Virus record (IMG/VR): IMGVR_UViG_3300036945_000242
Coordinates: 1 to 64,000 of that record
Strand: one strand, 5' to 3'
Source of the DNA: a virus
Lineage: Duplodnaviria > Heunggongvirae > Uroviricota > Caudoviricetes
Length of the DNA: 64,000 bases
The position numbers and the translations under genes were made by a program. The notes under the pieces are model-generated. The model was given only the letters and a program-made list of their open reading frames with translations, was not told the origin of the DNA and did no database searches. This document shows positions 43,500 through 53,448 of this stretch, in pieces (within the stretch, counting starts at the first letter, position 1; every line of letters begins with the position of its first letter).

Positions 43500-45212
43500 T
43501 TAGTTCACCATAACAGAAAAGTCGTTTCGTTTTTCAAACTTAATAACGGAACGGAACTTATCGAATAACACGTCTTGTTTATGGGTTATCACAAATACGT
43601 TTGAATCCGCAAACTGATCCAACACACCCATTAACAAATCGGTAGAACTAGAGTCTAAGGAAGAATCGAAGATTTCGTCCATAAACAATAGGTTAGTATT
43701 TACCGAGTTTTTCATTTTAGCGATATGTCTCCACGTGAATAGTATTGCTAAGTCAATCTTCTGTTTCTCACCCTCAGAAAAGCTATCGTAAGTGAATTTA
43801 TCTCGGAACCTAGATTTAATAGTTTCATTAAAAGATTCGTCAAGCTCAAAGTGAATATACGTATCCATAGCGTTCAAATACTTGTTAATCAATTTATTCA
43901 TAACAGGTAGGTATTGCTTAATAATAGCGGTTTTAATACCCGTATCTTTAAGCAAGATAGAAGCTACGTCCTCTAGCGATTTACGCTTATCCAACATCAA
44001 CCTTTCCGCCATCTTGTCTTTGGTTTCCTTAGCCATAACCCGTAGTTTATCACGCTCAACTTCGATATCACCACCGCTACCGTTTATAGAAGCAATCTCT
44101 CGCTTAATGGTATCAATCTCCTTAATCATATAGTTCTTACTATGATTCTTGACTTGGATTTCATTAAACACAGTTACTAACTTATCGCTAGTGGCTTTAA
44201 AGTCTAAATTAAGCTTAGACAAAGTAGCTAGGTCATTAGACAGCTTGGACTTCTTAGCTGAGGTAGCCTCTACCTCAAGAATCAACTCATGCATAACGGT
44301 ATCGTAGTGCGTTTTAGGGATTTCTTGAGAGCAAGTCGGACAGGAACTGTTCTCATGGAAAAACTTAGACTTATTACTACAAGTAGCTAAATTTTGGTCA
44401 AGCTTGGATATAGAAGATTGAAGTTTAACAATACCGCTTTGAAGCCTATCGGAATCTTTAAGTTTGTCTTTAAGTTTCTCGGAAGCTTGTAAATCCTCGG
44501 TAATTTGTGCGTCTAAATCGGCAATATTCGCTTCATGTTCGGCTATCTTTTCTTCCAGCTTGCGAATATTAGAATCTTTAACATCAGTAAGCGTTTTCAT
44601 AATAGCTAGCTGGTGTTGGACTTGCGTTTTAGATATACGTATATCCGAATCCAACTGAGCCATTTGTTGGCGGGTTTCTGATACCTTATTCTTCAATACG
44701 CTATTCATAGTAGAGAAGATTTTAATATCTAAAATATCTTCAATTACTTCTCTACGTGAATTAGTCGATAACTGCATAAAGGGTTCGTACGAAGCTGAGC
44801 CCAAGATAACCACTTGGGTAAAGGTACGGTAGTTTAAACCAAGAATTTGTTGCTCTAGGACTTTCTGATAATCTTTAGAAGCGGCATCTTGGTTTAACAT
44901 AGTACCATCTACCCAAATCTCAAATACGTTGGGGGAAATACCCCTAACGACTTTATACGATTTATTATCAGCGTCAAACTCAATAGTAACCGTACAATTC
45001 TTACCGTTAATACTATTCACTAATAAGTTCTTTTTAATATTCCTAAACGGTTTACCGAAAAGAGCAAAGCAAATAGCATCCAAAATTGTACTCTTACCGT
45101 CTCCGTTCTTACCGCTAATTAACGTAGTAGAAGAACGGTTTAATAATACTTTAGTGGGGGAGTTACCCGTTGAGAGTAGATTTTTCCATTCGATAGATTT
45201 AAATACGACCAT
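43500..45212 (-). CDS. 46: recombination nuclease subunit gp46 (Rad50/SbcC-like)
   Basis: Walker A NGDGKSTILDAICFALFGK, long coiled coil with CPTC zinc hook, C-terminal signature and D-loop region. Confidence 0.75.
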   Translation of the reverse strand: MVVFKSIEWKNLLSTGNSPTKVLLNRSSTTLISGKNGDGKSTILDAICFALFGKPFRNIKKNLLVNSINGKNCTVTIEFDADNKSYKVVRGISPNVFEIWVDGTMLNQDAASKDYQKVLEQQILGLNYRTFTQVVILGSASYEPFMQLSTNSRREVIEDILDIKIFSTMNSVLKNKVSETRQQMAQLDSDIRISKTQVQHQLAIMKTLTDVKDSNIRKLEEKIAEHEANIADLDAQITEDLQASEKLKDKLKDSDRLQSGIVKLQSSISKLDQNLATCSNKSKFFHENSSCPTCSQEIPKTHYDTVMHELILEVEATSAKKSKLSNDLATLSKLNLDFKATSDKLVTVFNEIQVKNHSKNYMIKEIDTIKREIASINGSGGDIEVERDKLRVMAKETKDKMAERLMLDKRKSLEDVASILLKDTGIKTAIIKQYLPVMNKLINKYLNAMDTYIHFELDESFNETIKSRFRDKFTYDSFSEGEKQKIDLAILFTWRHIAKMKNSVNTNLLFMDEIFDSSLDSSSTDLLMGVLDQFADSNVFVITHKQDVLFDKFRSVIKFEKRNDFSVMVN

Positions 45213-45221
45213 AATTTACCT

Positions 45222-46280
45222 TTATACAACTTCCTCATTTAACGCTTCGGTGTAAAGCGTTTTCATAAACGTTTTAATATCTTCTTTATCATCTTCGTTG
45301 GCTACCGAATCTACGTAATTAGCCAACACAGACATAGTATCTTCTAAATCAACAGCTTCATCTACCGTACCCTCGCTATACTCAGATAGGTCTTCCATAA
45401 TTTTGATTTCAAAGCAACCCTTTGTGTAAAGTTTCTGAATGAATTTATCAAACATATAGAAGTCAGTTTTGTGAGTTACCACTACCCGAACGAAACAATC
45501 TTTTAAGTTTAAAGCGTCTAAATCAGGAACTTCACCCGTATCATCGTATTCCAATCTACAGAAAATAGTATTTGGATTTTGTACAAATTCTAATTCTCTT
45601 GTTTCAGGGTTGAATAGGTGAAACCCCCTAGGGTCAGCAAAGTCTTGCCAAGTAAGCTCGTACGGATTACCCAAATAGTGAATATGACCCGAGCTAGACT
45701 TGTGGTGATAGTGACCGCTGAATACCGTATCGAACTTGTCAAATATAGAAGGGTTTAAACCTTCATGACTTTCCATACCACGGTACATAGCGAAACCCGC
45801 TATCTCAAAGTGACCCATACAAATATCAGCGTTAGTATCTCTAATAAAATCAAAGCTCTCAACGCTATTATCCGCACAAATCCAAGGCATCATAGCAATA
45901 GTAACATTATTGATAACAATATTGGTAGGTGAATCAATAACGTTTACATTGTTATATTCTTGTAATAGTAACTTAGGGGAATTAACCGAATTAGTATTTT
46001 TGAAAGCGGTATCGTGATTACCCGCAATCATGTTAATATAAATTCCACGTTTCTCCGCTTCGTCAAAGAAAATACGTTTAGCGTGGTGTAGGGTTACGTG
46101 GCTAGTGTATTTTCTTCGGTCAAAGGTATCTCCCAACATTAAAATATTAGTAACGCCCTCAGCTTCTAACCGAGGGAAGAAAGTACCCTTATAAAACTCC
46201 TCAAAGAATTTAATAAAAAGAGGGCTATCATTTCTAGCCCCCCAATGCGTATCCGTGATTATAGCTACTTTACGACTCAT
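45222..46280 (-). CDS. 47: recombination nuclease subunit gp47 (Mre11/SbcD-like)
   Basis: Phosphoesterase motifs IITDTHWG, GDTFD, GNHD, GHYH. Confidence 0.8.
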   Translation of the reverse strand: MSRKVAIITDTHWGARNDSPLFIKFFEEFYKGTFFPRLEAEGVTNILMLGDTFDRRKYTSHVTLHHAKRIFFDEAEKRGIYINMIAGNHDTAFKNTNSVNSPKLLLQEYNNVNVIDSPTNIVINNVTIAMMPWICADNSVESFDFIRDTNADICMGHFEIAGFAMYRGMESHEGLNPSIFDKFDTVFSGHYHHKSSSGHIHYLGNPYELTWQDFADPRGFHLFNPETRELEFVQNPNTIFCRLEYDDTGEVPDLDALNLKDCFVRVVVTHKTDFYMFDKFIQKLYTKGCFEIKIMEDLSEYSEGTVDEAVDLEDTMSVLANYVDSVANEDDKEDIKTFMKTLYTEALNEEVV

Positions 46281-47380
46281 ACAAATCCCATGGTTTTCTT
46301 ACGGTTAATACCTTTTTCGGAAGGCTCTAAGTTGGTTTTAGAATTAAAAATCTCAGCAATAGAATAAGGTTTCGATTCATCGGAACGCTCAAATAGCGGG
46401 ATACCTAATTTATCGGCTAATACTTTAGCTTGATCAACGGTTAGGGGCTTAAACTCTAACACGTCGTGGCAACGTCCAGGACGTACCAAAGCAGCGTCTA
46501 CATCAGTGATAGAGGGTAGGTTGGTTGAGAAAATTAGTTTCTTTGAAGAAGAAGCTACCAAACCATCACCAACATTCAAAAACTTATGCATCATTGTATT
46601 ACCTTCAGTTCTTGAACTTAGGAAGTTGTCCGAATCTTCAAGAACCATAACGTTAGTATCAGATTCCAAAAAGCTAGCAAAGAAATTATCTTTAGATAAA
46701 ATATTTGGGTCATAAGTAACGGAAGCCGAAGTTTTACTATGAGCCAATAACCCACGAATAAAGCTAGTTTTCCCAGTTCCAGGAGGTCCGATTAACAACA
46801 AGATATTAGAACTGGAATTCATAAACCTATCGTAATACTCAGTTAAAGGCTCACCTAAAAACGGATACATCTCATCAATAGGTAAACGCTCTACGTTTAA
46901 CGGTGAAGGGAAGTATTCACCGTACTCGGAATATACCCAACGAACCGTAGAACCAACAACATCAAAATCGTTGGTAAACTTAGCTAACGTTTTATGAACC
47001 CAAGAAGGTGTACCAGTAATAGAGATTTTGGAGATTTCATTAGACGATTGAAACGCAATCATTTCAGTACAACCGTTATCTCCGTCAATATTAACAAACC
47101 CCGCAAAATCGCTAGTGAACATAAGCATACTATTTTCATATCGCTTTTCAATATAATCTCGCATAACTTCCTTACTAGAAACCAACTCAACAGTTCGGTT
47201 AATAGTAGGGGTTTTACTAGCTAGACGAGTTTCTAAAACCTTGTTTCTAGCGTACTTGTCGAATACTTCATTGGCTAAGTGTATATTTTGATTGGTCATA
47301 TTATTAAGTGGTAATGATTTAGAAAGTTGTAAAGAACTTTCGTTTGCAAGGTCAGCTATAAGTTTATCAATTTTATTCAA
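46277..47380 (-). CDS. AAA+ ATPase of unknown role inserted between gp55 and gp47
   Basis: Walker A LLIGPPGTGKTS, Walker B VMVLEDSD. 367 aa. No T4 equivalent at this position. Confidence 0.5.
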   Translation of the reverse strand: MNKIDKLIADLANESSLQLSKSLPLNNMTNQNIHLANEVFDKYARNKVLETRLASKTPTINRTVELVSSKEVMRDYIEKRYENSMLMFTSDFAGFVNIDGDNGCTEMIAFQSSNEISKISITGTPSWVHKTLAKFTNDFDVVGSTVRWVYSEYGEYFPSPLNVERLPIDEMYPFLGEPLTEYYDRFMNSSSNILLLIGPPGTGKTSFIRGLLAHSKTSASVTYDPNILSKDNFFASFLESDTNVMVLEDSDNFLSSRTEGNTMMHKFLNVGDGLVASSSKKLIFSTNLPSITDVDAALVRPGRCHDVLEFKPLTVDQAKVLADKLGIPLFERSDESKPYSIAEIFNSKTNLEPSEKGINRKKTMGFV

Positions 47381-47892
47381 ACAAACTCCCCTAGGTCAGT
47401 TATTTGTTGAGTACGCTTTTTACGTTTAACAGCGGGAGCTTCTTGTGGAGGGTTATTTTGCATATACTCAATATAAGTATTTTGAAACACCCCGCCCTCA
47501 TCGTGTTCCTGAAGCTCAAATAAATCAAACGACATATCTTGTATTAGTTTACTTCTAATATAAGATTGTCGTTTTTCTTTGTTTATTCTACGTATAAAAG
47601 CGAAGAATATAACTTGTGTAAAATACGCAAAGGGGTTATCAGACTTATCAGGGTCAAAACTACTAATATATTGAATACAATTTTCAATACCATCGGAAAT
47701 CATTTCATCCCGATAGGAATAGTTTATAAAGTTAGGGCGATAGGAAACCCTAGTTGCTATTAAAAGAATACACTCCCCAATATAATTATTGAGGCGGGGT
47801 TTGCGTAAACCCGCTTCCTCAGCTTCTTTACACTTAAGCTTATATTCTTTTAACGCCTCCAAAAAATCTTTGTTATCTACGTAGTGTGCCAT
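47377..47892 (-). CDS. 55: late-transcription sigma factor gp55
   Basis: NPFAYFTQVIFFAFIRRINKE vs T4 gp55 [21 protein letters not shown]. Confidence 0.75.
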   Translation of the reverse strand: MAHYVDNKDFLEALKEYKLKCKEAEEAGLRKPRLNNYIGECILLIATRVSYRPNFINYSYRDEMISDGIENCIQYISSFDPDKSDNPFAYFTQVIFFAFIRRINKEKRQSYIRSKLIQDMSFDLFELQEHDEGGVFQNTYIEYMQNNPPQEAPAVKRKKRTQQITDLGEFV

Positions 47893-47984
47893 TTTAAAAC
47901 CTTTTATACTTTAATTACCTTTATTATAGTATAAAGTTTATTGTAAGTAAAGTATTATATTTCGTAAAGATTAGGTAAAGTCGC

Positions 47985-48013
47985 TTGACTTACAACCGCT
48001 ATCGCGATATAAT
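47985..48013 (+). promoter_or_regulatory. Consensus sigma70 promoter on plus strand (TTGACT-17-TATAAT)
   Basis: TTGACT 47985-47990, TATAAT 48008-48013. Confidence 0.45.
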
Positions 48014-48020
48014 ACCTTTA

Positions 48021-48140
48021 GGTTGTATTTTATGACTTAACTTTAGTTAAGGCACTGCGTAGCAGCGTTAGAAATAACTGAGTACTAGACTAATAAAAAC
48101 TAAGTCTGTGAGCCTTTGGCTCACCTGCCCGTAGGGCAGT
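48021..48140 (+). ncRNA. candidate structured small RNA / antisense transcript (copy B)
   Basis: Same four hairpins as copy A. Hairpin 1 loop is ttta instead of gtta. Confidence 0.25.
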
Positions 48141-48150
48141 AAGTGAGTGT

Positions 48151-48528
48151 CTAGTGTACTATACGGGGTTGGGTATCTGAAGGTTCTTCTTCTAAGCTTT
48201 CTTCCGTAACGTAACCTTGACTATCTACTGTGGCTGTAACCTTGGTTTCAAACGCTTTAACTAGGTTTAAGTAATGGTCAAGCAACGCTGAGTGTAAATC
48301 TTCCATTATAATAATATGATTAAAGGATATTGTATATTTCTTGGTAGCTGAATATTCACACCAAGGGTTAGCCGATACGGACGGAACTAAATTACCATCT
48401 TCATCTTCCGTATGAAATACCCTAATTAACATAGGATTAGATATTACAACGGTTTCTGAAGGTTTGTTCTCAAGGGTAGCCAATAACTCTTCACCCGTTA
48501 CTAATTTTAAAACAACATATTTATTCAA
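48151..48528 (-). CDS. hypothetical protein (UvsW.1-like position)
   Basis: 125 aa, overlaps the end of uvsW. Confidence 0.3.
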   Translation of the reverse strand: MNKYVVLKLVTGEELLATLENKPSETVVISNPMLIRVFHTEDEDGNLVPSVSANPWCEYSATKKYTISFNHIIIMEDLHSALLDHYLNLVKAFETKVTATVDSQGYVTEESLEEEPSDTQPRIVH

Positions 48529-50008
48529 GATTCACTCCTAATAGTTTAACATTAAATTGCTCTTCAGCGTATATTTTATAACGCTCCGCAGCGTGTCTAA
48601 GCGTATGGTTAGCGTTCTTTTTCCACTGTAAATCATCCGCTATATCATACAGATTACAAATAGTCTTACCGTTATTAAGCCTCAACCCACGCCCAATACT
48701 TTGTAAGTTACGAATTTTACCCTTGCTAGGCGAAGCAAATACAATATTCTCAATAGAAGGAATATTGATACCCGTTGAGAATGTGCCGAAACTAGCTACA
48801 ATAATAGCATTAGTTTCCTTTGCGCATAGTGCTCTAATTTCTTCTCGTCTAGCGGTATCTGTACCCCCGTGTACAAAGAATACTTTCCTACCGTCCTCAA
48901 CCCCCTCCTCTATCATTTTATGTAACACCTTACCGTGTTTTTCTACGAATTGGAATAACACTAAACTATTCCCCTCACACTTCAACACTAGGTCGGTAAT
49001 GTATTGGTTTCGTTTATGGTTAGTTACAACGAAGTCTAATTCGGTTTGATAGTCCGACTTATTCATTTCTTTACGAATAGCTTCGGGGTACTTTAAAACA
49101 ACGCAAGTGATAGCTAATTGGGTTAAGCTACCTTGATCCATTAGTTTCTTAGTTGTGGTAACACGGTGTATTGGTCCAAAAATACCTTCCAAAACTAGCT
49201 GATGTACTTTTTTATTATCTAAAGTACCCGTTGTTCCAATACGATACTTAACGTCCGCCATTTTCTCCATAACCGAAGTCAGCGACTTAGCTTTGAACTG
49301 GTGGGCTTCGTCCCCAAATATAACGTCAAACTGGTTAAACCAAGATTTAGGTTGTAAGTAAATAGATTGCCAAGTCGTGATTAAAACGTTACTAGCGATA
49401 ACCTTAGAGAAGCCTGAATATAACTTTTGACAATGTTTATCAACGTCAAACCCGTTTACCGAGGAATACTCTCTAAAGTCAGACTGTAACTGCTCAACCA
49501 AAGACGTAGTAGGTACTATAATAATACACTTACGCTTTTTAGATAAATGCCACATCATTGTTAAGTAAATAATGAACGATTTACCAGAAGCCGTAGGCGA
49601 TAGTAATAGCACACGACTACGCTCTAAAGCGGTTTGAACCGCCTCTAGTTGATAATCCCTAATCTCAATAGGTTCCCCACGGCTGTGCGGTTTCAACTTA
49701 GTAGAAAAGGCTAAAATATCCTCAGCGGAAACTTCCGTCTTTTCTAGTATAGGCGTTACGTATTCTACCGTATCGCCATTTTCGTTGGCGAATCGCTCCA
49801 CATACGAAACTAGACCTAGGTATAACGTTTTACGGATTGGGTCGTAAAGCCGAACCTTTCCGTCCCATAACCTAGCCCTAAATTGAGGAGTGAACTTGGC
49901 TCCAGGATATTCATAAGTGAAAAAATCGCATAATTCTTTTTCCGTAGAGGGTTCAGAATATATGCGAATAAAAACTTCGTCTAATTTTTCAATATGTATT
50001 ACAGCCAT
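48521..50008 (-). CDS. uvsW: UvsW SF2 DNA helicase
   Basis: Helicase motifs LLSPTASGKS and FGDEAHQF. 495 aa. Adjacent to uvsY. Confidence 0.75.
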   Translation of the reverse strand: MAVIHIEKLDEVFIRIYSEPSTEKELCDFFTYEYPGAKFTPQFRARLWDGKVRLYDPIRKTLYLGLVSYVERFANENGDTVEYVTPILEKTEVSAEDILAFSTKLKPHSRGEPIEIRDYQLEAVQTALERSRVLLLSPTASGKSFIIYLTMMWHLSKKRKCIIIVPTTSLVEQLQSDFREYSSVNGFDVDKHCQKLYSGFSKVIASNVLITTWQSIYLQPKSWFNQFDVIFGDEAHQFKAKSLTSVMEKMADVKYRIGTTGTLDNKKVHQLVLEGIFGPIHRVTTTKKLMDQGSLTQLAITCVVLKYPEAIRKEMNKSDYQTELDFVVTNHKRNQYITDLVLKCEGNSLVLFQFVEKHGKVLHKMIEEGVEDGRKVFFVHGGTDTARREEIRALCAKETNAIIVASFGTFSTGINIPSIENIVFASPSKGKIRNLQSIGRGLRLNNGKTICNLYDIADDLQWKKNANHTLRHAAERYKIYAEEQFNVKLLGVNLE

Positions 50009-50010
50009 AA

Positions 50011-50469
50011 CTAATTACCTGCTAAAAATTGTTTCCACATAATACCGTTTTTAATATCCCAACCTCGGGATTTAATTTGGTTCATGACGGATTCTAAAAA
50101 ATATATCATTGTGTATAAGTATTCTAATCGTATTTGCATCTTGTTTAAATCTTCATCACCCGATAGAAACTCTTCCATATCGGATTTTAAAGGTTTAACG
50201 CCTTGCCACTGTTGCCAGCCTAGGGCGGTTAATTCTTCCCTAGAAAGCTCGCCCCTATAATATCTAAATTTTGTTTTTCGTAATACGCTTATATCAGCTT
50301 TTAATTTAGTAGCTTTAAGCTTTACGCCTATTAGTAGTCGGAGGTATTTGGCGTGAAGTTTAGGGGTTTCGGTTGAATGTTCCCCTAATTTATTATCGTC
50401 AATAACGCAATCGACTTCCCACATATCCTGCATTTCTTCTAAATTCATAATTTTCCTTAAACACTTCAA
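50011..50469 (-). CDS. uvsY: UvsY recombination mediator
   Basis: MNLEEMQDMWEVDCVIDDNKL vs T4 MRLEDLQEELKKDVFIDSTKL. C-terminal QIKSRGWDIK vs AIKSRGFAIK. Confidence 0.55.
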   Translation of the reverse strand: MKCLRKIMNLEEMQDMWEVDCVIDDNKLGEHSTETPKLHAKYLRLLIGVKLKATKLKADISVLRKTKFRYYRGELSREELTALGWQQWQGVKPLKSDMEEFLSGDEDLNKMQIRLEYLYTMIYFLESVMNQIKSRGWDIKNGIMWKQFLAGN

Positions 50470-50487
50470 TTACCTAATATAGCGTAT

Positions 50488-51033
50488 TTATTTAAGTTTA
50501 AAGCTAGTGTATTTGAACGTAACCTTACCGATAACGTAATTAACGTCCCTAGAGGTAGAAGTAAAGTTAATAGAAGATAGTGATATAGGAAATAAATCTA
50601 CAAAATATAAATCGGCTAAGGGCGTATTTGAAGAACTTAAAATACTTAAAACCCCGTCTGAGTAGTTGGTGATGGTTTCGGCTGCGAAACTAGAGGGGTT
50701 GTAAGATTCTCTAACAAATGTAGCGTATTGTTCCCACCCATCAGGGAAACCTAAGCCCTCTAACCAATTTAATATAGCTCGGTAGTTTTCCATTTTAGAA
50801 TCTACAATAAAATCTAATTCTAGGCTACCGTAATTAAGTTTTTCTCCTGGGATATGAATATCTACAAAAGGCGTATTCTGTGTTATATCACCTAAACCTA
50901 CGCTCGGAATACTAGCTTCTTGGCAGAAGAACTGAAGTGAGGGTAGTTTTTGAATAGAAAGCCGATACCCGTTAGGTGATAGTGGGGATAGGTTTTCGGG
51001 TATAGGGCAGGTAATAGTTCGGGGAAAGGTCAT
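50488..51033 (-). CDS. tail-tube-fold paralog (gp19/gp3-like)
   Basis: 181 aa. Pattern FFCQEASIPSVG resembles the tube protein at 57632-58189. Confidence 0.35.
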   Translation of the reverse strand: MTFPRTITCPIPENLSPLSPNGYRLSIQKLPSLQFFCQEASIPSVGLGDITQNTPFVDIHIPGEKLNYGSLELDFIVDSKMENYRAILNWLEGLGFPDGWEQYATFVRESYNPSSFAAETITNYSDGVLSILSSSNTPLADLYFVDLFPISLSSINFTSTSRDVNYVIGKVTFKYTSFKLK

Positions 51034-51046
51034 TATAATACTCCAA

Positions 51047-51069
51047 TGAAAAAGGGAGCCGAAGCTCCC
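51047..51069 (-). terminator. Hairpin (GGGAGC-ttcg-GCTCCC plus TTTTT) after the capsid gene
   Basis: Lies between a TATAAATA box and the next start codon. May act as a terminator or as a 5'UTR stabiliser. Confidence 0.45.
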
Positions 51070-51098
51070 TAAAATTTATACCGCTTCTTACGTCGGTT

Positions 51099-51106
51099 TA
51101 TTTATA
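51099..51106 (-). promoter_or_regulatory. T4-type late promoter box TATAAATA
   Basis: Exact TATAAATA on the minus strand, about 65 nt upstream of the 181-aa gene start. Confidence 0.4.
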
Positions 51107-51118
51107 CTTAACTCAATA

Positions 51119-52411
51119 TTACATTAAGTTAGTAACAGCAACTCTACGATAGTAGTAGTTCTTATCAGCAGTCAAGCTACCAACTGTACCAGAACCGTCA
51201 TCCAAATCAACGAATGGGTTAGCTACTAAGCCGTAACGAGTCTTGAAACCAATTTTAGGTTGGAAGCTGTTAGGGTCTACAGCACGAACCATTTGTAACG
51301 GTACGTATGGGCAGTAGAATAAACCAGCGTCAAAAGCGGAAGTACCTTTGTAACCAACTGTGAAGAACTGTGTAGCACCTTGGTTAGCTGAATATGGATC
51401 AACATAAACTTTGTACTTACCGTTCAATACACCAGCGAAAGTAGTAGAAGCTTCATCAACATTCAAACCAGTTTTCAAAGCTGGAGCGTAGTCAAGAACA
51501 CCTGCCATTGCGAACGCAGAAGCTACGTCAGAAGAACAGATAATAAAGTTACCACGACCACGACGTGTTTGTTGGGCGATAGCATTAGCTTCACGCTCTA
51601 ATTGGAACAACATACCTTTGAATTTCTCTACAGACCAACGACCGTTAGAGTCAACGTCTAAGTCGAAAGTACCAGCAGTAGCAGTACCAACTTGAGCACC
51701 AACTTTAGCTGTTTTGTAGATAGTACGGATAACTTCACGGTTCATTTCAGCTAAGATTTCTGTAGAAAGAATCTTGCTCAATTCGCCTTCAGCGTCAAGA
51801 CCGTGAACTGATTTCATATCTTGAGCTAATTCAACTGAGTATTCAGCTTTCAAAGCACGTGTTTGAGCAGTTACGGATGTTTTCTCGATAGAGAAACCCA
51901 TTTGACCGAAAGTACCGTCACCAGAACCGCCTTGACCTAAACGCTCGGCAGCAGCTGTGGACATACCAGTACCAGTAGTGTAAGTACCATCAACTGGGTT
52001 ACCACCAGCGTGAGTACCTGTACCTGAGAAGTCAGTATCGGCTTCGTTAAACAAAGCTTCTGTACCACCCATTGAAGTGTAGCGTGATTTCATAGCGAAA
52101 ATCAAGCCAGTAGGTTGAGTCATTGGTTGAACACCAGCAACGTCATACGCAATAAGTTGTGGCATAGCACGACGTACTAAACTGACCAATACTGGGTCAA
52201 ATTTAGCCATACCACCCGCATCAGGGTAGCTACCAACTGAGTTAGTTGGGGCGGTTTCAAATAACGCTTGGCGTTGCTTGCGCATTTCTACTTCTTGGTT
52301 TTCCAAGAGAGTAGCGGTAACTTCACGGCGATACGTGTCAGTAATAGCAGGTGAACCATCGTGGTCCAATACTGGAGACCATTTTTCTACGAGTTGTTGA
52401 CGACTTAACAT
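51119..52411 (-). CDS. 23: major capsid protein gp23
   Basis: LVRRAMPQLIAYDVAGVQPMTQPTGLIFAM vs T4 MVRRAIPNLIAFDICGVQPMNSPTGQVFAL. Also ALKAEYSVELAQDMKSVHGLDAE. Confidence 0.9.
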   Translation of the reverse strand: MLSRQQLVEKWSPVLDHDGSPAITDTYRREVTATLLENQEVEMRKQRQALFETAPTNSVGSYPDAGGMAKFDPVLVSLVRRAMPQLIAYDVAGVQPMTQPTGLIFAMKSRYTSMGGTEALFNEADTDFSGTGTHAGGNPVDGTYTTGTGMSTAAAERLGQGGSGDGTFGQMGFSIEKTSVTAQTRALKAEYSVELAQDMKSVHGLDAEGELSKILSTEILAEMNREVIRTIYKTAKVGAQVGTATAGTFDLDVDSNGRWSVEKFKGMLFQLEREANAIAQQTRRGRGNFIICSSDVASAFAMAGVLDYAPALKTGLNVDEASTTFAGVLNGKYKVYVDPYSANQGATQFFTVGYKGTSAFDAGLFYCPYVPLQMVRAVDPNSFQPKIGFKTRYGLVANPFVDLDDGSGTVGSLTADKNYYYRRVAVTNLM

Positions 52412-52442
52412 TTAGTTATTTTCCTTTTTAATTAAATTTAAT

Positions 52443-53393
52443 TTACAAATTTACGCTACGATCTAACGCACTAACATACGCTGACATAGTTTCGCTAGTT
52501 TCTTCATTCAAAGAACTTACGTTACTATCGGCATAGTATGGTTGGTACATAGACTCAGTTAAGCGGTTGTTTCTGCTAGAGAAGAAATTCTCTCGAATAA
52601 CGGCTACTTTTTCTTCAAAGATCTCTGCGCTTTCAAAAGCGATCTCTTCAGTTAAAGCATAGAATTTATCTACTTCGGTTTGAGCCAAACCTTCAGTATA
52701 TTCGCTTACGATGTCAAATCTTACGCTCTCCATTAAGGCTGCATTCAATTCAATATTATTACGAACTTCTTCGTCTAATTCTTTTTCCAACTCTTCGATT
52801 TGGCTTGCCATTTCGTCTACGATATCTACTTCGCTATCTGCGACATTGATATAGTGTTGTTCGAATAGACCTTTGATACCGTGCATAAAGCTTTCCATAA
52901 CTTCTACTTTAATGCCACGCTCTACAGCTAATTGGTTTTCTTCCATCCACTGTTCAACGACGTAATTTAAGTAGCCATCAATATGCTCTACCAATTCCAT
53001 CATGTTTTCTTGTACAGCTTCTTGAAGTTGTTCTTCGAAGATTTCAGCGTAGTGTTCGTCGAGGGCTTCAATTTCTTCAGCAACACGACCTAACACGGCA
53101 GCTTCAAAAATAGTAGCTGCTTTAGCTTTAAAGTCTTCAGAAAGGTTTTCACCGTTTACTAAAGCGTCTAAACCTTCCTTCATCGAACTTCCTTTTAAAT
53201 GGTTAGCCTCTGGAGCTGATGCGCCTTTAGTAGCACGGTTAGCTTTTTTACTTGTACCGCCTGTGGCGATATCTTGGCGATCAACGTTATTTCTAGCGTT
53301 ATCTGGGTTTTGTGTATATGCTGGCGGTTTAGCTTCTTCTTCGTTTAAACGACCTTCGGCTAAAATTTCAGCGATCTTTTGTTCAATTGACAT
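52443..53393 (-). CDS. 22: prohead scaffold protein gp22-like (acidic coiled coil)
   Basis: 316 aa, highly acidic and helical. Sits between gp21 and gp23. Confidence 0.5.
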   Translation of the reverse strand: MSIEQKIAEILAEGRLNEEEAKPPAYTQNPDNARNNVDRQDIATGGTSKKANRATKGASAPEANHLKGSSMKEGLDALVNGENLSEDFKAKAATIFEAAVLGRVAEEIEALDEHYAEIFEEQLQEAVQENMMELVEHIDGYLNYVVEQWMEENQLAVERGIKVEVMESFMHGIKGLFEQHYINVADSEVDIVDEMASQIEELEKELDEEVRNNIELNAALMESVRFDIVSEYTEGLAQTEVDKFYALTEEIAFESAEIFEEKVAVIRENFFSSRNNRLTESMYQPYYADSNVSSLNEETSETMSAYVSALDRSVNL

Positions 53394-53448
53394 TCTTTTC
53401 TCCTAACTGGGATAGTTCTATATTTATTTAGTATTTATGCGATTTCTC

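Larger units (their letters stand above)
47935..48150. repeat. Second copy of the about 220-bp divergent-promoter and hairpin cassette
   Basis: See 13340-13575. Same conserved blocks, variable spacers. Confidence 0.8.

Noticed and set aside
48151-48528. Calling the 125-aa ORF UvsW.1
   Set aside because: Assigned only by position and overlap with the uvsW end. No sequence memory to support it, so it is left as hypothetical.
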